Source: Bacteroidaceae bacterium (lineage in GTDB: Bacteria; Bacteroidota; Bacteroidia; Bacteroidales; Bacteroidaceae). From it: a DNA stretch of 64,000 nucleotides. The notes under the pieces were generated by a model that ran no database searches, was not told where the DNA came from, and saw only the letters and a program-made list of their open reading frames with translations. Location of the stretch: positions 72,506 through 136,505 of the forward strand of contig JAZRDQ010000008.1 in assembly GCA_045660365.1 (NCBI GenBank), in the 5' to 3' direction. Below are positions 43,784 to 53,232 of this stretch, piece by piece (positions within the stretch are counted from its first letter, which is position 1; every line of letters starts with the position of its first letter). The position numbers were made by a program, and so were the translations under genes.

Positions 43784-45000
43784 TCAATTTGGTTAGTAAT
43801 GGTTATCCATTCGCGGATTGTTACTCCTTCGAATTCTTTTATCTTTCTTGCCATCTGTTGGGTGGATTGGAAACCACTTTTGCTGGCAATGTCATCAATT
43901 TTCATACTTCCTTTTGTCTCTATCAGGAGATTTTTTGCATACTCAACACGTTTGGAATTTATATAATCCGGGAAGCTCTTCTTATATACGTTGTTTACCA
44001 ATAATGATATGTATGTTTTATTGGTTTTCATAATTTTGGCTACGTCGTCAAGTGTTAATCCCTTTGTAGTATAGTAGTGCTCTTTCTCCATGAGATTTGC
44101 AAACATTTCACTCAGTTTGCTCTGATTGTCCAGAAACTTCTTGCTAATGGAAAGGTCCAGTTCCAGATGTTCTTCATTGTTGCTGTTAACAGGTTCAGGA
44201 ATAGTTATGGCATTTATTGGATGTAATATTGCAAAAGCCTTGATCATAGGCATTTTGACAAAGATCTCTACGTAGCCAACAATAAGTATAGTAATACATA
44301 GCGCCAGAGAGATAATGCAGGATGCTACGGCATAGTCGTGAATAAATGATTTTTTCAGCATAAAACGTGTGTACACCATTATGATGAAGATAATCAGGAA
44401 AAGAAGTTGAAGATTATGTCTCTCCATCTTCTCCTTTTTAAAGAAACCTGTAATATATGACCATTTTACCTCTCTTTTGTACAGACAGAAAATGGTGTAA
44501 ATAAGTGAACAGATATATAAGGTGTGGGTATATATCCAGTACACCGGAACTGCAAATATATAGTGTATTCTGTAAATGTTTGTGTTGTACAGTGGAGAGT
44601 CTATGCCATTGTTCCTGTCCGTGTAGAATTGTATGCAGTTGTCTTTGCCAATTAAGGATGCAGAGTATGCAATGATTGTTACTATAATTACTGCCAGAAT
44701 CAGTAGCGTTGTTATCCACTTGGAGTAATATTTGTGAAATGCAACACGTCTTGCATACAGCATTATTACAGAGGGTAGCGTCAATGCTGCAAACCTGTAT
44801 ATAAAATCGGAAATCATCAATGCATTTTTACTGTCCAGTCCGGCAAAGAGGAATGTTTCCGAATACAGGTATATGGTGGTTGTGAACATTAGCAAACTGA
44901 AAATCCAGTATCTGTAAGTTCGGGCTCTGCTCATTACATTTATCAATCCCCAGATAAAGCAGAATATGCTGGGCGCTAATAATATGGCTGTCTCTATCAT
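43765..45000 (-). CDS. Polytopic-membrane AraC/XylS-family transcriptional regulator, paralog 1
   Basis: About 8 N-terminal hydrophobic helices, then a C-terminal AraC HTH (LTLDDVAKIMKTNKTYISLLVNNVYKKSFPDYINSKRVEYAKNLL...IASKSGFQSTQQMARKIKEFEGVTIREW). The ATG at 45000 forms an ATGA overlap with the stop of paralog 2. The longer ORF reaches 45036. Confidence 0.75.
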   Translation of the reverse strand: MIETAILLAPSIFCFIWGLINVMSRARTYRYWIFSLLMFTTTIYLYSETFLFAGLDSKNALMISDFIYRFAALTLPSVIMLYARRVAFHKYYSKWITTLLILAVIIVTIIAYSASLIGKDNCIQFYTDRNNGIDSPLYNTNIYRIHYIFAVPVYWIYTHTLYICSLIYTIFCLYKREVKWSYITGFFKKEKMERHNLQLLFLIIFIIMVYTRFMLKKSFIHDYAVASCIISLALCITILIVGYVEIFVKMPMIKAFAILHPINAITIPEPVNSNNEEHLELDLSISKKFLDNQSKLSEMFANLMEKEHYYTTKGLTLDDVAKIMKTNKTYISLLVNNVYKKSFPDYINSKRVEYAKNLLIETKGSMKIDDIASKSGFQSTQQMARKIKEFEGVTIREWITITNQIETEARK

Positions 45001-46229
45001 AATGGGGTAATAAATTTTCTGTTTGATTTTTGCCATTGACGTGGTGATTGCCCTGTAATCTCTTTGAACTTTCTGGTAAATTGGGATACAGTAGAGAATC
45101 CACTCTTTATGGCTACATATTCTAAAACTGCATTAGGTTCATCCGTGAGCAGTTGCTTTGCATACTTTATGCGCCTGTTGTTGATATAGTCAGGAAACGA
45201 TGAATTGTATGTTCTGTTTAGCAATCGCGAGATATATACGCGGTTAGTTCCAATCTCCTTAGCTATGCGATCTACAGAGATTCCTGGCGTAAGATATATG
45301 TGGTTGTTTTCCATCAGATCTATAAATTTCTGATTTATCTGTTGATAGAAAATAATGGATTCCTTGGTCTCTGAAGCTAATAGATCTGCAATATCTTCTG
45401 AACTTAAATTGTTGGGTGCCGATTCGTATATTTTACGTACAGGATTAAACAGGCTTCTTAGCGGTATCATCTCTTCTGTGAAGAATAGTTCTATAAAGCC
45501 TAGTGTAAAGACAGCTATAGCCTGAATAAAGAACATTATGGTTGAGATTGTGCTGTTCTCAATTAAGAAGAAACGTCCCATATAGCTTCTTGCAGCAGAA
45601 AGAACACAAATTGCAATAATTGTGTTGCCGATAATTGTAGGCTTGTCTATACTTTTGCGTATAAACAGATAATATCTGCCTCTCTTTCCCTTATTGCGTT
45701 GAAAAAGCTTTACTGAGATGAATATAGAAAGCAGTGCTGCGCTGAAAATGACAACGTATGTAAACAGTTGCGAACAGAAAAAGAAGTAGTTTCTGTATGC
45801 AGCAGTGTCATATCCTGCAGGGAAACGTGTGTGCTGTGTCTCCTTGGCAATTATGTAGTCCTGCATATTGTCAAATCCTATATAGAAAATTGAAAAAAGT
45901 GCTACAGTGCTTATGACTATGGCAGGGAAATAGAATACATATTCTATCGCATTTGCTTTGTTTAAATTAAGAGTCCTTTTAAAGTATGAGTAGCTTACCG
46001 GAAAAATAAGCGGAATTATGACTTTTGATATTGTATCTGTTATAACCAGATGGTCGTAGTTTACTAATGGTGATGTGTATCCGGCAGAGATGTAGAAATG
46101 TATTACAAAAATGAACATAATTATTCCAAAGGCTTTGTGGCGGAAGTCTTTGTTCGTGCGCGTGGTTGATAAAATAAACCACATAATGCACAAAATACAT
46201 GGGATGAGTGTAAATGTCAGGTTTAACAT
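44997..46229 (-). CDS. Polytopic-membrane AraC/XylS-family transcriptional regulator, paralog 2
   Basis: Same architecture, with HTH ISVDRIAKEIGTNRVYISRLLNRTYNSSFPDYINNRRIKYAKQLL...VAIKSGFSTVSQFTRKFKEITGQSPRQW. The ATG at 46229 (MLNLTFTLIP) aligns with the paralog 1 start and gives 410 aa against 411 aa. The track start at 46265 is a TTG. Confidence 0.75.
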   Translation of the reverse strand: MLNLTFTLIPCILCIMWFILSTTRTNKDFRHKAFGIIMFIFVIHFYISAGYTSPLVNYDHLVITDTISKVIIPLIFPVSYSYFKRTLNLNKANAIEYVFYFPAIVISTVALFSIFYIGFDNMQDYIIAKETQHTRFPAGYDTAAYRNYFFFCSQLFTYVVIFSAALLSIFISVKLFQRNKGKRGRYYLFIRKSIDKPTIIGNTIIAICVLSAARSYMGRFFLIENSTISTIMFFIQAIAVFTLGFIELFFTEEMIPLRSLFNPVRKIYESAPNNLSSEDIADLLASETKESIIFYQQINQKFIDLMENNHIYLTPGISVDRIAKEIGTNRVYISRLLNRTYNSSFPDYINNRRIKYAKQLLTDEPNAVLEYVAIKSGFSTVSQFTRKFKEITGQSPRQWQKSNRKFITPL

Positions 46230-46262
46230 CCTGTTAAAATCAACGGAAATACATTTTGTATG

Positions 46263-46270
46263 CAAAAGTA
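46263..46270 (-). promoter_or_regulatory. Candidate -7 element (TACTTTTG on the minus strand) for the AraC-type regulator pair
   Basis: Plus-strand CAAAAGTA is an exact TAnnTTTG on the minus strand, 34 nt upstream of the ATG at 46229. The -33 element is imperfect. Confidence 0.35.
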
Positions 46271-46474
46271 TTAATAATCTTTAAATTAACAATGTTGTGA
46301 TAGTGTATTTTTTAATAATTTGCAATTTGTGTTTTATGAATTGCGCTAAAATTTACGAATTTAGCTAAGGTGTGCCACCTTATTTATACATAATGCGATA
46401 AAATATATATAACCATTCGTAAATGTTATTAGTGAAATTTTAGAACTTTGCGGAGTGAACTGAATAGTCTTAAT

Positions 46475-47779
46475 ATGGGTTTTGTTTTGCATAAGCGTTT
46501 GGCCTGTCTGCATTTTGTGCTTTTGTTTGCGGCTCAGGTGTTGGTTGCGCAGGATTTTCTGTCTGAAGGGTCCTATTCCTACAGAGCAGATATACATTTC
46601 AGACTTGACGATATTAAACTGGATTATACATATCTGGATAATGATGTTTCGTTTACTCAGTTGGCTGATGTCATAGATTCAATAGGTGTAGGTAGTATTC
46701 TCTCTATAGAATTAATTTCCCAGTCATCTCCAGAGGGCTCCTACAGACATAATAAGTGGCTTACAGAGAGGCGTGCACAGGTTGTGTATGATTCGCTTGT
46801 TTTCAGATATACAAATCTGGAACCGTTGCTCAATATTCGCAAAATTGCTGAGTCGTGGGATGATTTGCGTTGCTATGTAGTTGCAGACTCAATTTTATCA
46901 GAAGAATCAAAACGGAAAATTCTCTCTGTGATAGATGGTGCCTATAGTGATCCTGATGCTGCAGAACTGGCAATGAAAAAAAGTCTGGGTACAGATCCTT
47001 ACGTGGGTGATTTGTATAAATATCTTTTTGCAACTTATTATCCTGTTATCAGAAATACGGCAATATGTATAACGCATTTCTATGGTGCCTTTAAGCCGGT
47101 AGGTCTTGCCCGGACTGATCAACTCAAGGGGTCTGTACCTGATATCTATTATCCTCCAAATAAGATTGAATGTTATCAGGAAAGGCGTTCATTGCTGGCT
47201 GTAAAGACGAATATACTCTATAATTTATTCTTTACCCCTGATCTGGGTTATGCGCCTATATGGAATGTAGAGCTTGAACTCTATCCTAAATCTGCTGGGC
47301 GCTGGTCCTGTTTGCTTGAGTATGAATTTCCCTGGTATGAAAAGGAACAGAAACATCAATATCTGCAACTGCTTAATCTGCAGCTTGAGGCGCGCAGATA
47401 CTTTAAGTCTGATAATGGTTATTCTGGCCATTATTTGTCTGTCTATTCTATGGCAAATTTGTATGATATATGCTTGAATACAAATGGTAGTGGTTTTCAG
47501 GGAGAAGGCTTTGGTGCAGGAGTGGGGTATGGCTATGTTCTGCCTCTTGGAGAGAAGAGACGCTGGAAACTGGAATTCTCTGTGAAAGGAGGTTTTTATG
47601 AAAGTTATTATGATCCATACGATGCCGGTAATCCGTATCTGGGTAAGTACTATTATCACTGGTTTGACGACCCTAACAAATTTGTAGAAAGAAACTGGCG
47701 TCTCAGGTATTTTGGTCCTACAGGGGTTGGCCTCTCTGTCAGTTATGACCTTATAACTGTTAAGGAGAGAAGAAAATAA
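46475..47779 (+). CDS. Outer-membrane beta-barrel protein, DUF3575-like with OmpA-like N-terminal region; first gene of pilus-like locus 2
   Basis: The ATG at 46475 gives a signal peptide (MGFVLHKRLACLHFVLLFAAQVLVAQD). It is paralogous to 6391-7710: ELISQSSPEGSYRHNKWLTERRAQVVYDSL, AESWDDLRCYVVADSILSEESKRKILSVI, LAVKTNILYNLFFTPDLGYAPIWNVELE. Confidence 0.65.
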   Translation: MGFVLHKRLACLHFVLLFAAQVLVAQDFLSEGSYSYRADIHFRLDDIKLDYTYLDNDVSFTQLADVIDSIGVGSILSIELISQSSPEGSYRHNKWLTERRAQVVYDSLVFRYTNLEPLLNIRKIAESWDDLRCYVVADSILSEESKRKILSVIDGAYSDPDAAELAMKKSLGTDPYVGDLYKYLFATYYPVIRNTAICITHFYGAFKPVGLARTDQLKGSVPDIYYPPNKIECYQERRSLLAVKTNILYNLFFTPDLGYAPIWNVELELYPKSAGRWSCLLEYEFPWYEKEQKHQYLQLLNLQLEARRYFKSDNGYSGHYLSVYSMANLYDICLNTNGSGFQGEGFGAGVGYGYVLPLGEKRRWKLEFSVKGGFYESYYDPYDAGNPYLGKYYYHWFDDPNKFVERNWRLRYFGPTGVGLSVSYDLITVKERRK

Positions 47780-47809
47780 GCGGAGTATTTTGTATTGAAT
47801 GAATTTATA

Positions 47810-47860
47810 CATCGGCATAGGTACCCTATGTTGATGCCTTGTCTTTTTGTTCTTTGTTTG
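47810..47860 (+). terminator. Hairpin plus T-rich tract after the locus 2 barrel gene
   Basis: CATCGGCATAGG (47810-47821) pairs with CCTATGTTGATG (47825-47836), including two G-U pairs. CCTTGTCTTTTTGTTCTTTGTTTG follows. Confidence 0.5.
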
Positions 47861-48074
47861 TGATATTAAGATTTGTGTCAAACTTGTTAACATTCGTGTA
47901 AGTGTCTAAAAATCAGATTTGTAAGAAAGGAATTGTTATTTTGTAATCAAAGATTTGCTAATATGTTTACTGTTTTTTAGAAAATTTTGCTTTTGTGTAA
48001 ATTTAATCATTGAATTGAATAAAATTGAACTTTTTCTTTTATGTGTTGAAAATAATAGCGCGTGCGTATGTAAA

Positions 48075-48082
48075 TAACTTTG
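48075..48082 (+). promoter_or_regulatory. Candidate -7 element (TAACTTTG) for the anchor-like and fimbrillin genes of locus 2
   Basis: An exact TAnnTTTG 27 nt upstream of the ATG at 48109. No clean -33 TTTG sits at the canonical spacing. Confidence 0.35.
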
Positions 48083-48108
48083 CATCGTAATCGATTGCAA
48101 AAAACAAA

Positions 48109-49317
48109 ATGACACAACAGAAAACAAACAAATCAGTAATAATTCAGGTAACCCTTTACCTGCTCTTGCTTGTTGTGTCAACTTTTACCAGCTGTACCCG
48201 TAAGGACCTGTTCCTAAGAATTGACCAGTCTGAAATCAGAATTAACATCAACGACATACGTCTGGATATGCTTTGGGGTATTGACTGGCAGACTTCAATG
48301 CTTTACAACTGGGATGAACAGGTTCACGGTCGTTTAGGTTACACTGAACCGGAATGGATTCGTGCAACTATCTATGATCTTAATTCAGCAGATTTCACCA
48401 GAACAGGTAGTTTCAACCGAAATTTTACAAGAGCAGGAGGCAGAGTATCTCTCACAGCTGGCCAATGGTATGATATGCTTTTCTATAATGCCGATACGGA
48501 ATATGTGATTTTCGGTCAGAATGATTTGAACTCTGATTATATGGCAACAACACGTTCTACATCTCTGAATGTTTATACTCGTGCTACTGAAGACAATATG
48601 CAACTTCCGTCAAGAAGTTATGCAGACTTTAATCAGCCTGATGAACTATTTGGAAGTTTTATTGACGATATGCAGGTTTCAGAAGATCCTGACCATTATG
48701 AACAAACAATTGATTCATTGGGTAACATAGTTAATGTGTTTAATATTGAAACATCTCTTCAACCATATACGTTTATCTATCTGATTCAGGTTGTAGTAAT
48801 GAACAATCAGGACGAAAAAGGAACCAGGATAGTTGGTGGCCAGGGTATGACTGTTACAGGTCTGGCTAAAGGTGTGGAACTCTTTTCGCGCAGAACAAAT
48901 TCAGAAGTTGTTTCAGTAACTTCAGAAGATATAAAGCCGACACAGTCTTTTACCGATCTGGAACTTCCGGATGGTACAAAAGCAGATTGTGAGGTGTTTG
49001 CTTCACGTATCCTCACCTGGGGGCTCCCAAATGTAGCTCCTTTAGCTGAGCGTACAAGATCATCCGTAGAAGTAGTAGAAGATAATTTCATTGGAGTTGG
49101 TTTGCTTACTCGTTCCGGTTACGTTTACAACTATACAGCAAACATAACAGAACAGATGCATCAGCATCCTGCAGGAGGTGTTATTACTGTAGTGATAGAT
49201 GCGGGACAGATTGATAATAAGTATATTGATAAACCTCAGTCAGAGAACAGGGGTGGTGGTTTTAACGCTTCTGTAGAAAACTGGGGTAACGAATATAATG
49301 CAAGTGTAACAATTTAA
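48109..49317 (+). CDS. Lipoprotein, candidate FimB/Mfa2-type anchor (DUF5119-like), paralog of 7722-8822
   Basis: 402 aa with lipobox TFTSC. The shared C-terminal motif is GGGFNASVENWGNEYNASVTI. It holds the same position relative to the barrel gene as in locus 1. Confidence 0.5.
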   Translation: MTQQKTNKSVIIQVTLYLLLLVVSTFTSCTRKDLFLRIDQSEIRININDIRLDMLWGIDWQTSMLYNWDEQVHGRLGYTEPEWIRATIYDLNSADFTRTGSFNRNFTRAGGRVSLTAGQWYDMLFYNADTEYVIFGQNDLNSDYMATTRSTSLNVYTRATEDNMQLPSRSYADFNQPDELFGSFIDDMQVSEDPDHYEQTIDSLGNIVNVFNIETSLQPYTFIYLIQVVVMNNQDEKGTRIVGGQGMTVTGLAKGVELFSRRTNSEVVSVTSEDIKPTQSFTDLELPDGTKADCEVFASRILTWGLPNVAPLAERTRSSVEVVEDNFIGVGLLTRSGYVYNYTANITEQMHQHPAGGVITVVIDAGQIDNKYIDKPQSENRGGGFNASVENWGNEYNASVTI

Positions 49318-49432
49318 AATAACGACTAAAAACTAAACAATTATGAAACTGAAGAAAATTAACATTAACGGTGTGATTAACGGAGTAAATGAGTTTAACA
49401 AATTAATTAATAACAATCAAAAACAAAACATT

Positions 49433-50431
49433 ATGAAAAAGAGTTTTTTATTTCTAGCAGTTGCTGCTTCTTTCGCAGCTTGTACTTCAAACGATCAGAT
49501 CAACGACGATTTGCAGGGTGATGAAATTCGTTTTGATCAGGTATTGAACAAAACCACAAAGGCAGAGATTGTTGACGAGGCAGCTCTTGCTTCAGAAGGT
49601 GGCTTCGCAGTGTTTGGTTACAAATCAACAGATGGCTTTGTAAGCAATGTAACACCAGTGTTTAATGGTGATAATGTTAAACTGGTAGATGGTGTATGGA
49701 AATATGACAACACCAGATATTGGGATAAAACTACTACCTATAACTTCTATGCGATTGCACCATACGAAGCAGTACCTAACTATTCATTAACAGATGGCAA
49801 GTTTGTAATTAACAATGTGGCTTCTGGTCTGGCAGCAGATTCAAAGGATTATGTGATAGACCGTACATTCAATGATGAATCAGGTATTGCAGGAAATGGA
49901 ACTCAGTCAAAGATTGGATTTGAATTCCATCACGTAATGGCAAAGGTTTCATTTGCAGTTAAGACAACTATTGCTGACGCTACAATCATAGTGCAGAACC
50001 TTACAATGACAGGTTGGGATGCAGGTTTAGGTAAATTCACACAGAGCAAAATAGATGGTACATGGAGAGAATTGAATGTTAGTGAATGGAATATTGCTGT
50101 TCCGTTGGCAGGTAGCGCAACACTGATAGGAGACGGTTCTGGAAATGCTGATGATATCACATTGTCATCAACAGCTCAGGATTTGAAAGACGTTTATATT
50201 ATGGTACCTCAGGTAATTGCGGCAAAAAAATTGACTTTTACAGTTGATTATACAATTAATGGCGAACCTTTTACAAATCAGGTATCTGCTTTAGCTGCAG
50301 CTCAGACATGGGGAACAGACTCTTATACCAAATATACATTGGCTATAGGTCCATCAGCTATCGAGTTTGATGTTGAATCTGTATGCGATTTCTGTTATAC
50401 AGCTCCTGAGCAGACTCCAAACGTACAATAA
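49433..50431 (+). CDS. Fimbrillin-like lipoprotein, locus 2 paralog Q1
   Basis: The ATG at 49433 gives MKKSFLFLAVAASFAAC. Blocks: IRFDQV..TTKA, TRYWDK..YNFYAIAPY, FEFHHVMAKVSF, MVPQ, KYTLAIGPSAIEFDVESV. Confidence 0.65.
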   Translation: MKKSFLFLAVAASFAACTSNDQINDDLQGDEIRFDQVLNKTTKAEIVDEAALASEGGFAVFGYKSTDGFVSNVTPVFNGDNVKLVDGVWKYDNTRYWDKTTTYNFYAIAPYEAVPNYSLTDGKFVINNVASGLAADSKDYVIDRTFNDESGIAGNGTQSKIGFEFHHVMAKVSFAVKTTIADATIIVQNLTMTGWDAGLGKFTQSKIDGTWRELNVSEWNIAVPLAGSATLIGDGSGNADDITLSSTAQDLKDVYIMVPQVIAAKKLTFTVDYTINGEPFTNQVSALAAAQTWGTDSYTKYTLAIGPSAIEFDVESVCDFCYTAPEQTPNVQ

Positions 50432-50491
50432 TCTTATCGGAATTATACTATTGATGAAATAACAAAGAACAAAATTAAAATAAGAAGAATT

Positions 50492-51583
50492 ATGAAAAAG
50501 AGTTTTTTAATTTTAGCAACTGCTGCAATGTTTGCAGCATGTACAAACGATTCATTTCGTAGTGATATTGAAGAATCACAGGTAGAGATTGGTTTTTCAA
50601 CCTATATTCAGAAGCCTGTAGCTACCAAAGCTGATAACTCAGCAGCAACCGAAGCTAATAGCCTAAGTGCATATCATACTACATTCGTGGTTAATGGTTA
50701 TAAAACAGTAGGCGGTTCAAATGAAACAGTATTCAATAATCAAGAGGTATCATACAGCTCTTCTGCCTGGACCTATTCTCCAAAAAAAATCTGGGATAAA
50801 TCAGCATCAGGATATTCATTTTTTGCTGCTGCTCCTTTTTCAGCGAATTGGGCTTATGCTGCTGGAAAATATAAATACACAGATTTTGAACTTACAGGTA
50901 GCTCTTTGGAGCCTACTACAGAATTAAATGCAGCAGCAGTATTTGGTGCAGAAGATTTGATGATTGCAACAGACGTAACAGATTATAAAACTTACGAAAG
51001 TGCACCTGTGAATTTCAGTTTCAACCATATCTTATCAAGATTGAATATTGCAGTTAAATGTACAGGTTTTGATTCTGATTATGATGTTCTTCTAAAAGAA
51101 CTTAAGGTTTATAACATGGTCAGCAATGGCTCTTTTAATGAGGCTGCAGATATTGAAACAGATGTACTTGCTAATGGCACAATTAAACGTTGGGCTGCTG
51201 CTACAGCTCCTGCTAAATATACAACAGGTGTTGGTTATACAAGTGCTGAAGGACTTAATATTGACGGAACCGCAAACTATGTATATCAGGCATTGATAAT
51301 TCCTCAGGAAGTGGCTTATGTTGCTAATGTGGCTCTTAATGGTACCGGTCTTAGTGCTGAGAGTGCTCCATATCTTAATATTAAATATACTGTCAATGGT
51401 GAAAACTTTAATTACTTCTATAACCTGGCAGATATGTTTAATGGTGCAGAAACAACAAATGTAAAATTCTGTGAAGGTTGGCAGAACAATCTTACAATAA
51501 ACATTGGTATGGCAGAAATCAACTTTGATGCAGATGTTTACAAGTGGAGTACAAAGGAAAGTGGCTCTTTTGATGTAGATTAA
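50492..51583 (+). CDS. Fimbrillin-like lipoprotein, locus 2 paralog Q2
   Basis: Lipobox FAAC. Blocks: EIGFST..ATKA, KIWDK..YSFFAAAPF, DLMIA, FSFNHILSRLNI, IIPQ, LTINIGMAEINFDADVYKW. Confidence 0.65.
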   Translation: MKKSFLILATAAMFAACTNDSFRSDIEESQVEIGFSTYIQKPVATKADNSAATEANSLSAYHTTFVVNGYKTVGGSNETVFNNQEVSYSSSAWTYSPKKIWDKSASGYSFFAAAPFSANWAYAAGKYKYTDFELTGSSLEPTTELNAAAVFGAEDLMIATDVTDYKTYESAPVNFSFNHILSRLNIAVKCTGFDSDYDVLLKELKVYNMVSNGSFNEAADIETDVLANGTIKRWAAATAPAKYTTGVGYTSAEGLNIDGTANYVYQALIIPQEVAYVANVALNGTGLSAESAPYLNIKYTVNGENFNYFYNLADMFNGAETTNVKFCEGWQNNLTINIGMAEINFDADVYKWSTKESGSFDVD

Positions 51584-51593
51584 ATAATTTAAT

Positions 51594-51632
51594 CCAGGGT
51601 GCGGAAGAGCGCGAGCCCCAACCGCACTCTGG
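51594..51632 (+). other. GC-rich intergenic stem-loop after Q2
   Basis: CCAGGGTGCGG (51594-51604) pairs with CCGCACTCTGG (51622-51632), including one G-U pair, across a 17-nt GC-rich loop. The surrounding spacer is AT-rich. Confidence 0.45.
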
Positions 51633-51675
51633 TTAAAACAGGATAATTAACTATATAAATAACGATTTTAGAAAG

Positions 51676-53205
51676 ATGAAAAAAAGTTTGCAGTTTGTAG
51701 GTATGGCACTGCTTATGGCAGGTTGCTCTGAGAGTGCTATGCTTGATGGTATTAACGAAAACACGAAAGATTATTCTAAACTGATTGAGTTTGCCAGCAC
51801 ATTTGTTGAGAATCAGACTCGTACATCATTAAAGGTGGGCCAGACATTTCCTGCCGGTTCAAAGATGGCTGTGTATGGTTTTCAGATAACAGACAATGCA
51901 GAAGAGGTGCTGTTTGATAATCAGATGGTAGAGTGTACAGATGGTGAAGCGGGAGTGTGGACATATTCTCCCAAAAAACCCTGGAACCGTGAATCTACAT
52001 ACGAATTCTATGGTTTCTATCCATACTCAGAAGATGGATTGTATGAATTCAATGCAGAGAAAAAATTAATTTCAATAGAATCTTATACAGTGAAGGATGC
52101 TATTACTGAACAGGAAGATCTGATGATTGCACAGCGTAATTATGCAAATCCATTCAATACTGTTCATACAAACTTTAACCATATTCTGAGTAATGTAAAC
52201 TTCTACGCTAAGGTTGCTCCGAATGTGGATATGACAGGTATCAGCAGTATTGATATACTGAATCTGGATGTACAGGGCATAGCAAACAGTGGCTCATACA
52301 CCCAATCAGGGTGGGCTAATAACCATGTGCCAGTTGGCAAATGGAGTATTAAAGAGGGTACCTATTATGATTTTCCGGGTATTTCAAATACAACAATGTC
52401 ATTGACTACAGAAAGGAAAGATGTAGCAGTGGATATGTTGCTTATGCCTCAGATTTTATTCTTTCACGAGTATGCTGATAAAAAGGACCCTGTTCTTACT
52501 GTCGTATATAAGATATCATACGATGATGGAACATCTGCGACAATGGAAAAGGAAGTTCGTTTATCGAGTATTAAAGGTGTTAAGACAAAGAGTGACACAA
52601 ATGAAAGCCTGCCAATTTATGAATGGTTGCCAAATAATAAGTATAATTACATTGTTGCAATCAATCCTGAGCAGACTACCCGTAAATGGGGTACAGACTG
52701 GGATGGCTCAAATGGAGGAGGTGATAAGGTTCCTAATGAAGAGTCAAGCTACAATCCTGATACTCCAAATGTAATCGTAGTCTGGGAAGACAAGAATGAA
52801 AATGGTCAGGTTGATGATGGTGAAATTACTGAATATCCTCTTGCCTGGGAAGATATTGATGGAGATGGTATGCTGGAAGGTGGTATAGACACCGATGGCG
52901 ATGGTCAGATAGACGATGTTGACAAGGATAATGGTTGTGTTTCAGTAGAGAAGGATTCTAATTCAACAGATAGTAATCCTACTGATGGCGACAGGGAGAA
53001 TAATCCTGATGATAAGGATGCTATACTGGTTTATGTTGATACAGATGGTGACGGGGAACCTGATGATTGGCGTCAGCTTGAAAAGGATCCGGACACAGGT
53101 GTGGTTACTCCTGAAAAGGAACAGGAAGACTCCTTTATTGAATTCTCAGCAGAAGTTATTGACTGGGTAGAGGAGTATAACGTAGATTATGAAGTAAAGA
53201 ACTAG
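51676..53205 (+). CDS. Fimbrillin-like lipoprotein Q3 with a about 150-aa acidic DxDxDG (calcium-loop-like) insert before the C-terminal strand
   Basis: Lipobox MAGC. Blocks: IEFAS..QTRT, KPWNR..YEFYGFYPY, DLMIA, TNFNHILSNVNF, LMPQ, KYNYIVAIN. The insert spans about nt 52681-53127 and contains DKNENGQVDDGE, DIDGDGMLE, DTDGDGQIDD and DTDGDGEPDD. The family terminal strand IEFSAEVIDW follows. Confidence 0.7.
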   Translation: MKKSLQFVGMALLMAGCSESAMLDGINENTKDYSKLIEFASTFVENQTRTSLKVGQTFPAGSKMAVYGFQITDNAEEVLFDNQMVECTDGEAGVWTYSPKKPWNRESTYEFYGFYPYSEDGLYEFNAEKKLISIESYTVKDAITEQEDLMIAQRNYANPFNTVHTNFNHILSNVNFYAKVAPNVDMTGISSIDILNLDVQGIANSGSYTQSGWANNHVPVGKWSIKEGTYYDFPGISNTTMSLTTERKDVAVDMLLMPQILFFHEYADKKDPVLTVVYKISYDDGTSATMEKEVRLSSIKGVKTKSDTNESLPIYEWLPNNKYNYIVAINPEQTTRKWGTDWDGSNGGGDKVPNEESSYNPDTPNVIVVWEDKNENGQVDDGEITEYPLAWEDIDGDGMLEGGIDTDGDGQIDDVDKDNGCVSVEKDSNSTDSNPTDGDRENNPDDKDAILVYVDTDGDGEPDDWRQLEKDPDTGVVTPEKEQEDSFIEFSAEVIDWVEEYNVDYEVKN

Positions 53206-53232
53206 TTTGGTTTAATAGTTAGTGTTAATAGG

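Noticed and set aside
47225-47893. 222-aa minus-strand ORF antisense to the locus 2 barrel gene
   Set aside because: It is a shadow ORF of a well-supported plus-strand gene that has a paralog in locus 1. The sequence is low complexity with no motifs.
49343-49432. Upstream extensions of the track ORFs for Q1 (49343) and Q4 (53236, GTG start)
   Set aside because: The internal ATGs at 49433 and 53287 give canonical MKK... lipoprotein signal peptides that match all the other paralogs.
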